This document shows, one piece after another, positions 31,696-42,232 of a stretch of DNA of 64,000 bases. Source of the DNA: Alphaproteobacteria bacterium (GTDB lineage: Bacteria > Pseudomonadota > Alphaproteobacteria > UBA828); the NCBI GenBank assembly GCA_965214705.1, contig OZ243972.1:2976001-3040000 (forward strand), given 5' to 3'. Positions within the stretch are counted from its first letter, which is position 1. Each line of letters opens with the position of its first letter. The notes below the pieces were generated by a model that made no database searches, was not told the origin of the DNA, and was given only the letters and a program-made list of their open reading frames with translations. Made by a program: the position numbers and the translations under genes.

Positions 31696-32817
31696 ATGGC
31701 CAGGATTACCCTCACCGAGGCCCGAGTCACGGCGCTCAAGGCGCGAAAGACCGCCTACGATACTCGCGACGGCAAGCTCAAGGGCTTCGGAGTCCGCGTG
31801 CTGCCTTCGGGAGGAAAGCGCTTATTCATCCATTGCCAGCACCGGGGAGAGCGCATCTGGAGAATCGTCGGCGCCACCGACGCGATGGGCCTGGCCGAAG
31901 CGAGAACACGGGCTGTCGCCATGCTGACCGCGATCCGGCGCGGCGAAGAGCCCCTCCCATCGGAGGAGAACGCCATCTTCGAGAATGTCGCCGACGAGGT
32001 ATTCGACCGATACGCTCTGCGATGGAAACCGGGAACCCTACGGGTCAACCGCTGCTATCTGCGCAACCAGATCCTGCCGCGCTTCGCCGGGCGCCAGATC
32101 ATGGATATCGACAGTCAGGATGTCCGCAACTGGTTCGCCTCGCTGCGTGCGACGCCGGTCGCGGCCGACAGGTCGATGCCGGTACTGTCCGTCATCATGG
32201 GGGAGGCAGAAGCCATGGGCCTTCGCCCCGAGGGCTCCAACCCGTGCCGGGGCATCCGGCGCTACCGACGAAAGGGGCGCGAGCGATTCCTGTCCGATGA
32301 CGAGATCCGCCGGTTGTCCGCGAGACTGTCGGCGCATGCCGGGAGCAGGCCCCTGTCGGTCGGCGCCATCCGCCTCCTCCTGCTGACCGGTTGCCGGAAA
32401 GGCGAGATCCTGAGCCTTCGATGGTCGGACTATCGCGACGGCCATCTCTTCCTGCGCGACGGCAAGACCGGTCCGCGAACCGTCTGGCTCTCGCGGCCAG
32501 CCAGAAACGTTCTCGACGGTCTCGAGCGAACGAGCCGCTGGGTATTTCCGGCGTTGCGGGAGGATCGGCCACTGAGCGGCGCCTGGCTGCACTGGAACTG
32601 GTGCCGGGTCCGCGAGGAAGCCGGGCTGCGCGACGCGCGTCTTCACGACTTGCGTCATACCCACGCGAGCCTGGCCATGCGGGAAGGTGAATCGATCCTG
32701 GCCATCGGGCGCCTTCTGGGCCACCGCGATACGGAGACGACGCTCAAGTATGCTCATCCGACCGACGGAATGGTGATGGATGCCACCGAGACGGTCGGCG
32801 CCGTGTTGGGGCGCTGA
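31696..32817 (+). CDS. arm-type tyrosine recombinase 2 (intact)
   Basis: GFGVRVLPSG arm-binding domain; TGCRKGE, KTG, HDLRH, LLGH, KYAH. Confidence 0.92.
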   Translation: MARITLTEARVTALKARKTAYDTRDGKLKGFGVRVLPSGGKRLFIHCQHRGERIWRIVGATDAMGLAEARTRAVAMLTAIRRGEEPLPSEENAIFENVADEVFDRYALRWKPGTLRVNRCYLRNQILPRFAGRQIMDIDSQDVRNWFASLRATPVAADRSMPVLSVIMGEAEAMGLRPEGSNPCRGIRRYRRKGRERFLSDDEIRRLSARLSAHAGSRPLSVGAIRLLLLTGCRKGEILSLRWSDYRDGHLFLRDGKTGPRTVWLSRPARNVLDGLERTSRWVFPALREDRPLSGAWLHWNWCRVREEAGLRDARLHDLRHTHASLAMREGESILAIGRLLGHRDTETTLKYAHPTDGMVMDATETVGAVLGR

Positions 32818-32820
32818 GCG

Positions 32821-33672
32821 ATGGCCAGCAAGAATCGCGCGAGGCTCACCGATGCCTTGATCGCCCGTCTCCGGCCGCGCGAAAGAGAATATACGGTGTG
32901 GGACCTCCGCTTGCCCGGTCTCGGGGTCCGGGTGAGGACGACGGGCGCGCGGACCTTTGTCCTGCTGTGGGACGCGCAGGGCCGATCGAGGCGTGTATCC
33001 CTCGGTCCGGTCGGGGCGAGAACGGTGGAGGAGGTTCGCCGCGAAACTCACGCTCTGGCGGCGGCATCCCCTCCAAACGGACCGCTCGGACGTGACGGGA
33101 CCGGACGAGCCGCCCCGTTGTTCCGGGATTTCGTGGAGGGTCCGTGGAAGGAAGCCCATTTCGATCGCTACAAGCCGTCGACGAAAGAGGGCGTGCGGTA
33201 CGCGCTTCGCAATCGACTGCTGCCAGCTTTCGGGCCGAAACCGCTGGATCGCATCTCCCTCGCAGACGTCAGGCGCTGGTTCGACAAGTACAGTCGAACC
33301 GCCCCGGGCGGAGCCAATCGTGGCCTCGACCTCCTTCGCCAGATCATGAACTTCGCCGTCTCGCAGGGCCTTCTCGACACCAACCCGGCACGGAACATCA
33401 AACACAATCCCCGGCCCAGGCTCACCCGGTTCCTTTCTCGCGAGGAAATCGCCCGCCTTCACCGAGCGCTCGATGACCATGCGGGAGGGAAAGCCCGGCC
33501 GCAGGCCGACATGATCAGGCTGCTTCTTCTGACCGGATGCCGAAGAAGCGAGATCGTACGGCTGCGCTGGTCGGAGGTGCACGACACCGCGCTGATGCTG
33601 GCCGACAGCAAGACAGGAATATTTCTCGACAGCTACGTTGGTCATACGGTCTGCTACGCTGGTTCACCATAA
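32821..33672 (+). pseudogene. arm-type tyrosine recombinase 3, truncated after LADSKTG
   Basis: WD..LPGLGVRV, TGCRRSE; lacks HxxR and the catalytic Tyr. Confidence 0.85.
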
Positions 33673-33802
33673 AGCATTATATTTGCTCTAGTTTTCTTGA
33701 TCTTTCGCCGAAACGACCCTCTTGCGCCTGCGCGGAGAATACGCTTGAATGCGCCCCGGTTCCATGCCGCTTATTTGCGGTTTGATCACGGGACGAAGAG
33801 CG

Positions 33803-34984
33803 ATGCCGAAGCGAAGCAGTCTGAAGATCGCCAAGCGCACCGTCGATGCGCTCCGCGTCGATCGCGGCGACGCCACCTTCTGGGACCGCGACCTCGCGGG
33901 CTTCGGGGTACGCGTGCACGCGACCGGGCGCAAGGTCTACGTGGTGCAGTCCAGGGGGCCGGGTGGCCTGAAGCGCGCCAGGATCGGCAGGCACGGCGAT
34001 CTCACCGTCGAAGAGGCGAGAACGCGGGCGGTGGCGGCGATCGACCGGATCAAGCGGGGCGAGGATCCCTTCCCGGCGCCTGCGGCGCCGGCGCTCACCG
34101 TGGCCGGGCTGGCGGAGCGCTATCTGGAGAAACATGTGGCGATGCACTGCAAGCCGAAGACGGCGGCACTCTACCGGACGGTGCTGGACCTGCACATCCT
34201 GCCGGTTCTGGGCGACAAGGCTCTCGGCGAGGTGAGGCGGGAAGACGCGGCCGAACTGCATCACCGGCTGCGCGACACGCCCTACATGGCCAACACCGCT
34301 GCGGGCGTTCTGTCGAAGATGTACCGGCTGGCGGAGAGCTGGGAGCTGGTGCCGCGCGGGTCCAACCCGTGCCGGTCCCTGCGCTACTACCGCGAGCATG
34401 CGCGCGAGCGGTTCCTGACGCCGGAGGAATACCGCCGGCTGGGCGCGGCGTTGCGCGAGGCGGGATCGAAGGCATCCCCGTGGCCGCAGGCGGTGGCGGC
34501 GATCCGGCTGCTGATCCTGAGCGGCTGCCGCAAGAGCGAGATCCTGACGCTGAAGTGGGACGACATTGACCGGGTGGCGAACGAGCTGCGGTTGAGGGAC
34601 GCGAAGTCGGGGCCGCGCATGGTGCCGCTGACCCCGCCGCTGCTGAAGGTGCTCGACGGCATTCCCCGGACGGACGGCGGTCCGTGGGTCGTGCCGGGCC
34701 GCAAGCCGGACACCCATCTGATCAACCTCGACTACTACTGGAAGCGCATCACCGCGAGAGCCGGTATCAAGGGCGTGCGCCTTCACGATGCGCGTCATTC
34801 TTATGCGAGCCGGGCGCTGGCGCTGGGCGAAAGCCTGAGCATGATCGGGAGGCTGCTGGGTCATTCCCGGGTGGCGACGACGGCGCGCTATGCGCATCTG
34901 GTGCGCGACGCTGAAAAGGCGGCGGCGGGCCGGGTGGGCGACAGTATCGGCGTCCACGTGGCGCCGGAGCGGAGCGCGGCATGA
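33803..34984 (+). CDS. arm-type tyrosine recombinase 4 (intact)
   Basis: FWDRDLAGFGVRV, SGCRKSE, HDARHS, LLGH, RYAH. Confidence 0.92.
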   Translation: MPKRSSLKIAKRTVDALRVDRGDATFWDRDLAGFGVRVHATGRKVYVVQSRGPGGLKRARIGRHGDLTVEEARTRAVAAIDRIKRGEDPFPAPAAPALTVAGLAERYLEKHVAMHCKPKTAALYRTVLDLHILPVLGDKALGEVRREDAAELHHRLRDTPYMANTAAGVLSKMYRLAESWELVPRGSNPCRSLRYYREHARERFLTPEEYRRLGAALREAGSKASPWPQAVAAIRLLILSGCRKSEILTLKWDDIDRVANELRLRDAKSGPRMVPLTPPLLKVLDGIPRTDGGPWVVPGRKPDTHLINLDYYWKRITARAGIKGVRLHDARHSYASRALALGESLSMIGRLLGHSRVATTARYAHLVRDAEKAAAGRVGDSIGVHVAPERSAA

Positions 34985-36140
34985 AGGGGACGCGGCGGCG
35001 GACGATCTCCAACCGCATGGTGGCGGCGCTGGAGGTCGAGCGGGACACGGTGTTCTGGGACCGGGAGCTGAAGGGCTTTGGGGTACGGGCCTATCCCGGC
35101 GGCGGCAGGGTCTATGTCGCCCAGGCGCGGGGGCCGAAGGGACCGAGGCGCGTCACGGTGGGGCGCCACGGGGTGCTCAACGCCGAGGAGGCGAAGCGCC
35201 GCGCGGCGCTCATCATCGCGCGGGTCAAGGCGGGCGAGGACCCGGTACCGGAGCCGCTGGCGGCGAAGCTGTCGCAGGGGCCGACGGTGGCCGATCTCGC
35301 GGCGAGCACGTCACGGTGCGCTGCAAGCCGAAGACTGCGAGGACGACACGCAGCGTGGTGCAACGGCATATTGTGCCCAGGCTCGGCGGTTTGACGCTGG
35401 CGGCGGTCGGGCCCCGCGACGTATTGGAGCTGCATCACGGTCTCAGCGACCGGCCCGCGATGGCGAACATGACGGTGGCCACGCTGTCGCACATGTACAG
35501 GCTGGCCGAGGGCTGGGGCATGGTGGCGGACGGCGTCAACCCCTGTGGGTCGGTGGCGAGGTATCCGTCGAAGCGCCGCGAGCGGTTCCTGACCGACGCG
35601 GAGTTCGAGAAGCTGGGCCGGGTGCTGGACGAGGCGGAGGCGCGGGGCGGCGCGTCGGCGGGCGCGGTGACGGCGATCCGGCTGCTGATGCTGACCGGGT
35701 GCCGCAAGAACGAGATCCTGAGCCTGCGCTGGCGGGACGTTGACCTCGACGCGGGCGAGCTGGCGTTGGCGGACGCGAAAACTGGCCCGCGCGCGGTGCC
35801 GCTGCCGCCCTCGGCGGCGCGGCTGCTGGCTGCGCTGCCCCGCAAGCCCGACAATCCCTGGGTCATACCGGGACACAAGCCGGGCACGCACATGACCGAC
35901 ATCGACGGGGCCTGGCAGACGCTGCGGGCGCGCGCCGGGCTTAAGGGTGTGCGGCTTCATGACCTCCGTCACAGCTACGCTTCGAGGGCCTTGGCACTCG
36001 GGGAATCCCTGCCGATGATCGGCAAGTTGCTGGGCCACAGCCAAGTCGAGACCACGGCGCGCTATGCGCACCTCGCGCGCGAGTCGGTGCACAAGGCGGC
36101 GGCCCGGATCGCGGACAGTATCGCCGCGGACGTATTGTAG
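34981..36140 (+). pseudogene. arm-type tyrosine recombinase 5, frameshifted near 35300
   Basis: FWDRELKGFGVR in one frame; EHVTVRCKP..TGCRKNE, HDLRHS, RYAH in another. Confidence 0.85.
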
Positions 36141-37155
36141 GCTCGCCGTTTGGGAGGTATCGGGGGTCTATGCTGTCAGGGATGAAGACGCGCGCCGGGC
36201 GGTCCAGCCAAGTCGATGGCGCCGACATGTGAGCGCAACGCCCGGCTGAAGAGTGTCCATGAGTATCTTACCGCTGGCGTGGCTGAGCGGGCACAGAACA
36301 CTCGATTAGTCGAGGCCGATCGCCCGCCAAAGTTTGGCACGGGCATTCAGGAAGAAGCCAATGTATTCGCCGTGCAACGACATGCCTTGCAGACGGAGAC
36401 ATCCCAGCCGCTTGACTCGGAGGTAGCCGTCGCCCCAGGACTCGGGGGCAGCTTCCCAATCCTTTAGATTGTCGAGTTCGGGTCTGTAGGTGTCGCCCAT
36501 GACGGCGAAGTACGCTGACGGCAAGCACAGCTGGGGCACGCTGAATTCGACATCGTCACGGTCAAAGTCGAAGCCGAACTGCACGGAGATGTTCTTCTGA
36601 TCATCCACCCAGGGAGAGCTGTAGTACAAATCCTCCCTATTGTGGCTCCACTGGTTACCCTTGGTGCCGGAGAGCCCGCACGCTTCTTTGGTTTCATTCA
36701 GAATTTGCACGAGCTGAGGGCCGACTGACCTGTGATAAATCGTCGCTGTCGCCAGAAGGCCAGCATTGAGGTTCATGGCCATTCTCCATTCCTCCATAAG
36801 CGAAAGCAGTTCGCGAACGAAGAGCGTACTTTGGTCATCGGCGCCAGTGGTCGGCTTGGCCCACCCTCTCATCCAGTCCGCCATTTCGAACCAGTGAACT
36901 GGACGGAATGCAACTGGGGGGCCTTCGAGCGACGCTTGAAACGAAGTTCGCTCATGAAGCGTAGCATAGGCCAGGGTGCGTGTGTCGGCGGTAGTTTCGC
37001 GTTTCAGGTGCCGCTCATACCTTGGTAGCTGACCCGGTCCTTCTCCCGACGCGATTTTGCTTTCCATCGCGATCACGTGGCGGGCACCATTGCGCCGGCT
37101 CCGTGCATCGATCCAGATGTCGAGCCGATCGCCACCTTCAACAGTCTTTTGGGTT

Positions 37156-38184
37156 GGCTCAATTCGTGAATCGTAGGCATTAGGGTAGAATCGCTCCCGG
37201 TTCGCCTTGGAGGTCAGACAGATGGATCACGAGCGGTTTCGGGACTGGTTTTCGCGTGTCGATGAGTTGACGGCGGCGCAGCGCAAGGAGGTGGCGGCGG
37301 TGCTGTCGGACCCGCCGGAGGGCGCGGCCGCGCTGGCAGCGATCGAGTTGGGCGTGGATGACGAGCGGCACTGTCCGCATTGCGGCGCCGGCGGGGCGGT
37401 GTCGCGGGGCAAGGCGCGCGGTCTTCGCCGGTTCCGGTGCAAGGAGTGCGGGAGGAGCTTCGGCGCGCTCACCGGCACGGCGCTGTCCGGGCTTCACCAC
37501 AAGGAACGCTGGCTTGCCTTTGGCGCGTCGCTTGCCGAGGGCGAGACGATCAAGGAGTCTGCCGCGCGCTGCGGGATTGCGCCGAGCACGGCGCATCGCT
37601 GGCGCCACCGTTTTCTGGCGGCTGTGCGCCAGGCGCCGGACCGGCATGCCGGCATCGTTGAGGCGGACGAGACATTCGTCCTTGAGAGCCGCAAGGGGGA
37701 GCGGAAGCTGGACCGCACGCCGCGCCGGCGCGGCGGCAAGGCCCGCAAACGCGGCCTTTCGCGCGAGCAGGTGCCGATCCTGGTCGCCGCCGACCGTGGC
37801 GGCGAGACCCTCAGCCATACCCTGCCGGCGCTGAACGCAGACAGCATGAAGGACGTGCTGGAGCCGGTCCTCGCCCCGGATGCGCTGCTCGTCTCCGACG
37901 CCAACCGCTGCTATCCGCCCGTCGCGGCGGCGCTCGACATCCCTCACGAGAGCATCAACGCCTCGGCTGGCGAGCGGGTCCGGGGCGCGCTGCACATTCA
38001 GACGGTCAACAGCCGCCACAGCCAGATCAAGGGCTTCCTGCGCGGGCGGCGCGGCATCGCCACCAAGTACCTCGACAGCTATCTGAGGTGGTTCCATCTC
38101 ATCGAACTCGGCGACCAGCCATCGCCCAGGGCTTGCCTTGAGGCGGCGATGGTGAGGCCACGCCTACGGTTCGCGAATTGAGCC
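37156..38184 (+). mobile_element. IS1595-family insertion sequence
   Basis: 23-bp IRs GGCTCAATTCG(T/C)GAA(T/C)CGTAGGC; 8-bp TSD TTTGGGTT. Confidence 0.93.
37222..38181 (+). CDS. IS1595-family transposase
   Basis: CPHC..CKEC zinc finger, VEADET, HIQTVN, ATKYL..YL.W. Confidence 0.92.
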   Translation: MDHERFRDWFSRVDELTAAQRKEVAAVLSDPPEGAAALAAIELGVDDERHCPHCGAGGAVSRGKARGLRRFRCKECGRSFGALTGTALSGLHHKERWLAFGASLAEGETIKESAARCGIAPSTAHRWRHRFLAAVRQAPDRHAGIVEADETFVLESRKGERKLDRTPRRRGGKARKRGLSREQVPILVAADRGGETLSHTLPALNADSMKDVLEPVLAPDALLVSDANRCYPPVAAALDIPHESINASAGERVRGALHIQTVNSRHSQIKGFLRGRRGIATKYLDSYLRWFHLIELGDQPSPRACLEAAMVRPRLRFAN

Positions 38185-38832
38185 TTTGGGTTTCAAGATA
38201 AGCGAAGTCCACATCGTGGCCGATGAGCCACTTGACGAATGCCAGCCGGAGGGGCTGGCTGGTTTCGAGAACCGCGACGAGCGTCTCGGTAAAAAAAATC
38301 CTCCGCAGGCATGCGGCCGGCACTCGGCCGATATCTGAAGATGCGTCCGAATACGCTGCTCATAAGGCCTTGCCGGTTGAGATTGCAAAGGGGTTTATAT
38401 CGAAAAGTGCCGAAAATCCTTGACCCTCCCGCGTTTCGGCACTATATTGTGAACATCAAGGGGGGGGGCGGACATGGCACAGAAGGCACCGGGCAAGTCT
38501 CACCGCAAGGGCATGACCCTTCAAGGTTAAGGGTTGGGCAGGCTCTCTCTCGAGAGCCTGCCCAACCCTTTTGAACGAAGCCGCGGGCCACGAGAGGCGA
38601 AGTTGAGCTATGTGGAAAGTGCGCTGATGTCAGCGTCAGGCGGCATCCACCGGCAGCAGAGTTGCGCATAAAATCGACGCTCGCGCCGGTCTTTCGGCAG
38701 GCATGCGGGCGCACGCTGCGAGGACTGAGCGGGGTGTGAGCCGAGGGCTGTCAGCCCGGCTCAAGCGGAGACAGGTTCGGTCGTGCGTCGGCGCTTTGGC
38801 GCCGTTGCGCGGGGCCGAAGCGAGCGGGCGTC

Positions 38833-40074
38833 TCACGGTTTCCCCCTGTGGGTCGGCGGCAGCGCCGGCGGGCCGCGCGTCGAGCGGGGCTCATGGCGGC
38901 GGCGGATTTCGCGGACGAGGCGCATGACGCCGCCGCAGTGGGGGCAGGCCACGGGCGCGGTGCCGATCTCGGGCTCTTCGTCGGGCTCGGCCCGAGCGCC
39001 GTCCACGCTTCCCTCGGGGGCGGCGCAGCCGAGGGCGCCGAGAGCCTGGCGTGCTCTCTCCAGCGTGCTGGCGCGGCAGCCGTTGGCGAGGATGCCGAAG
39101 TAGCGAATGCGGTGCATGCCGTCCGGCAGGACGTGCCTCAGGAAGCGGCGGATGAACTCGTCGGCGCTCACGGTGGCGATGCCGTAGCGCGGCTTTCTCT
39201 GCCCCGGCGCCTTGGGCTTTCGGTGGCGGAAGGAGACCGTCTCGCCGTCGAAGGAGACGATGCGGCTGTCGGAGATGGCGATCCTGTGCGTGTAGTGCGA
39301 GAGGTACCGGAAGACCTGCTCAGGCCCGCGGAAGGGCCGCTTGGCGTAGACCACCCAGTCCCTGGCCCGGGCGGCGGCAAGCGTGGCGTGGAACTCGCCG
39401 GGATTGGCGAGGTGGGCGAGGGTGCCGTGGAACTCCAGGTCCCCCCGGCCGTGGGCGCGGGCGAGCTCCTCGAGGAAGAGGCGGCGGAACAGGCTGCCGA
39501 GGACCTTGACGGGGGCGAGGAAGGTGGTGCTCCCCGTCTTCCACTCGCCACTGTCTACGTCGAAGCCCGCGTTGGGCACGACCACGTGCAGGTGCGGGTG
39601 GAAGCGGAGCTTCTGATCCCAGGTATGGAGGACCGCGGTGCCGCCGATGCGCATGCCGCCGTGGCGGGGATCGGCGGCGATGGTGCGCAGGGTCTCGGCG
39701 ACGGCCCGGAAGAGGATGTCGAACACCACCCTGCGGTTGCAGAAGGCAATGGCGGCAACCTCCTTGGGCAGGGTGAAGACCACATGGAAGTAGGGCACCG
39801 GCAGGATGTCCCCGGCGCGCTCCTCGCTCCAGAGGTTGGCGGCGAGACCCTGGCAGGTGGGGCAGTGGCGGTTGCGGCAGGAGTTGAAGAGCGGATGCTC
39901 GCGCCCGCAGCCCTCGCAGGCGTACATGTGGCCGCCGAGCACGGCGGTGCGGCACGCCTCGATGGCGCCCATGACCTTGAGCCGGGCGGCGTCGATGCGC
40001 CCTTTGTGGCGCTCACGGAAAGCGGCGCCGGCGCGGCGGAAGATCTCCGCCACGCCCGCGCGTTCGGCCTCCAC
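38833..40074 (-). CDS. IS91-family HUH (Y2) transposase with zinc-binding domain
   Basis: CRT..LGG, NSCRNRHCPTC, YFHVVFTLP, HTW..HPHLH, YLSHYTHR, RIRYFG. Confidence 0.93.
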   Translation of the reverse strand: MEAERAGVAEIFRRAGAAFRERHKGRIDAARLKVMGAIEACRTAVLGGHMYACEGCGREHPLFNSCRNRHCPTCQGLAANLWSEERAGDILPVPYFHVVFTLPKEVAAIAFCNRRVVFDILFRAVAETLRTIAADPRHGGMRIGGTAVLHTWDQKLRFHPHLHVVVPNAGFDVDSGEWKTGSTTFLAPVKVLGSLFRRLFLEELARAHGRGDLEFHGTLAHLANPGEFHATLAAARARDWVVYAKRPFRGPEQVFRYLSHYTHRIAISDSRIVSFDGETVSFRHRKPKAPGQRKPRYGIATVSADEFIRRFLRHVLPDGMHRIRYFGILANGCRASTLERARQALGALGCAAPEGSVDGARAEPDEEPEIGTAPVACPHCGGVMRLVREIRRRHEPRSTRGPPALPPTHRGKP

Positions 40075-40080
40075 GCGCCG

Positions 40081-40959
40081 TCAGTTGCGCAACGCTGCGA
40101 AGCCTGAGATCGGGTGGTCGAGGCCCTCGAACATCTTGCCGGTGACGCGGGCGTAGTGACGGGTCGTGTTCGCGCTTCGATGGCCGAGCATGTCCCGGAT
40201 CACCTCGATATCGCCGCCGCGCTCGAGGAGATGGGTCGCCGCCGAATGGCGCAGGCAATGGAAGGTGTAGCTGCGGTCGAGCTCGGCAATGTCGCGCGCC
40301 CTCCTGAAGGCGGCCTGCAAGGTCTCCGTTGCGATGGGCCTGTCGAGCGAGACGCCGTAGAAGAGCCAGTTCGTCGGACGCGGCCAGATGTTCCTGTAGT
40401 AGACGCGCAAGTAGTGGATGACGATGTCCGGCAACGGTGCCATTCTCTCGGTGCCGCCTTTGCCGGAGGGGATGTGCAGCAGCTTCTTCTCCGACAGGAT
40501 GTCGCCGACCTTGATGGCCAAGGTCTCGGAGATGCGGAGCCCGCCGCCATAGCCGGTGACAATGGCAGCACGGTGGCGGAGGTCGGGTGTCGCAAGGATG
40601 AGGTGCTCGACCTCCTGCTCCGACATGTAGCGCGGCAGCTTGCCGGGCTTCTTGCGGGAGCGCAGGCCGGCGACATGGTCAGGCCAGCCGAGTGTGTCGA
40701 TGTAGAGGAAGTTCAGCGCGGCGAAGGAGACGTTGGTCGTGCCCGGACTGAGCCCCTTGTCGATCCGCCCCAGGTACCACTGGCGCACCTGCTCGGCGTC
40801 GAGCTCGTCCGGCGAGGCGTCGTAGTACCTGGCCAGGTTCTTGATCTCGCAGATGTAGGCCTTGGACGTGCTCGCGGCCAGATTGGCGATGCGGAGCTGC
40901 TCCTCCATGCGCTGGCGAAGAGGGGTGACGGTGTTCGTGTCGCACGCGGTCCCGGTCAT
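40081..40959 (-). CDS. tyrosine recombinase associated with the IS91-like transposase
   Basis: Near-identical to 29827-30705; catalytic R-K-H-R-H-Y set intact. Confidence 0.9.
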   Translation of the reverse strand: MTGTACDTNTVTPLRQRMEEQLRIANLAASTSKAYICEIKNLARYYDASPDELDAEQVRQWYLGRIDKGLSPGTTNVSFAALNFLYIDTLGWPDHVAGLRSRKKPGKLPRYMSEQEVEHLILATPDLRHRAAIVTGYGGGLRISETLAIKVGDILSEKKLLHIPSGKGGTERMAPLPDIVIHYLRVYYRNIWPRPTNWLFYGVSLDRPIATETLQAAFRRARDIAELDRSYTFHCLRHSAATHLLERGGDIEVIRDMLGHRSANTTRHYARVTGKMFEGLDHPISGFAALRN

Positions 40960-42232
40960 TATCGATCTCCCTGGATCGCGACGGCGCGCCGCCGGACCGA
41001 TCCGGCGACGGTCCGTCGCAGGGGTCGATACTAACCACTGGTGATCGGGAGGCTGCTGGGGATCCGCCACCCGACGGGCGGAGCGCCACTGACGCAACCG
41101 GGAAGCGAACGCACAGAACAAACGGCACCCGCGACGCCTCGGAAATGAATGAACTCTACGCCGCTAACTCCGCGTAGCGGCTTCGTTCAAGAGCTTTTCC
41201 GCATGTTCCCGGATGACGCGACCGCCGAGAAATGGTTTGCAGAAAAGCGCTGGCCCGATGGCCCGCACTGCCCTTACTGCGGATCGACCAACGTCCAGTC
41301 CGGCGCCAAGCACAAGACCATGCCCTATCGGTGCCGCGAGAAAGCGTGCGCCAAGCGATTCAGCGTCCGCACCAAGACGCCTATGGAATCGTCGAAGCTC
41401 GGCTTTCAAACATGGGCTATCGCGCTTTATCAGGTCACGACCAACCTCAAGGGCGTTTCGTCCATGAAGCTGCATCGTGACTTGGGGATCACGCAGCGGT
41501 CAGCGTGGTTCCTGGCGCATCGGCTCCGCGAGGCGTGGAAAGATCACGGCCCACAGTTCACCGGTCCCGTAGAGGCCGATGAGACGTATATCGGCGGGAA
41601 GCGGAAGAACATGCCCAAGAGCAAGCGGGCGAAGCTAACGGGGCGCGGAGCGGTCGGGAAGGCCATCGTGGTGGGAACCAAGGACCGCGCGACCAACAAG
41701 GTTGCGGCGCGTCGCGTCGAAAACACGGAAGGCGCGACGCTCAAGGGCTTCGTCGCCGAGCACACCGCGCCCGGAGCCAAGGTGTTCACCGACGAGTCCA
41801 GTTCCTATCAGGGCATGGATTTCGACCATGAGCCCGTGAACCACTCGGCTGGCGAGTATGTGCGCGGCATGGCGCACACCAACGGGATCGAGTCCTTCTG
41901 GTCAATGCTGAAGCGCGGCTATCGGGGAACCTTCCACCACTTCAGCGAAAAGCACCTAGATCGGCACGTCACGGAGTTTTCGGGTAGGCACAATGATCGT
42001 GATTCCGATACTACAGACCAGATGTCTCTGCTGGTTTCCCGAATGATTGGAAAACGGCTACGCTATCTTGATCTGACGGCATAAGTGGTTTGCCGTTTGT
42101 TGCAGACAAGGAACACCAGAATTCGTTAGCAACAAAGGTAGTTGCTGGCTGGTCACTAGAGCACGCTAGTGTCTGGGCCTCATCATCAGCAGAGAACGTT
42201 ACGACGCGAAGAGGTGACATTGCTTCCTCCAT

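Larger units (their letters stand above)
36306..38363 (-). pseudogene. PD-(D/E)XK nuclease-family protein interrupted by IS1595
   Basis: Reconstructed MSSVF..EDFFTE..ETQ|KTVEGGDRLDIWI..IAMESKI..GQLPRY; extra base in the A8 run at 38291-38298. Confidence 0.75.
38525..41190 (-). mobile_element. tyrosine recombinase + IS91-like transposase element, copy 2 (intact, 2666 bp)
   Basis: Inserted at CAA|G; terminal hairpins; no TSD. Confidence 0.9.
38474..42084 (+). pseudogene. IS1595-family transposase split by the IS91-like element
   Basis: MAQKAPGK..MTLQ|ELFRMFPDD..; VEADETYIGG, TDE, HTNGIESFWS. Confidence 0.88.

Noticed and set aside
38291-38468. Phase variation at the A8 and G9 homopolymers
   Set aside because: Both affect genes already broken by insertions, and homopolymer sequencing error cannot be excluded
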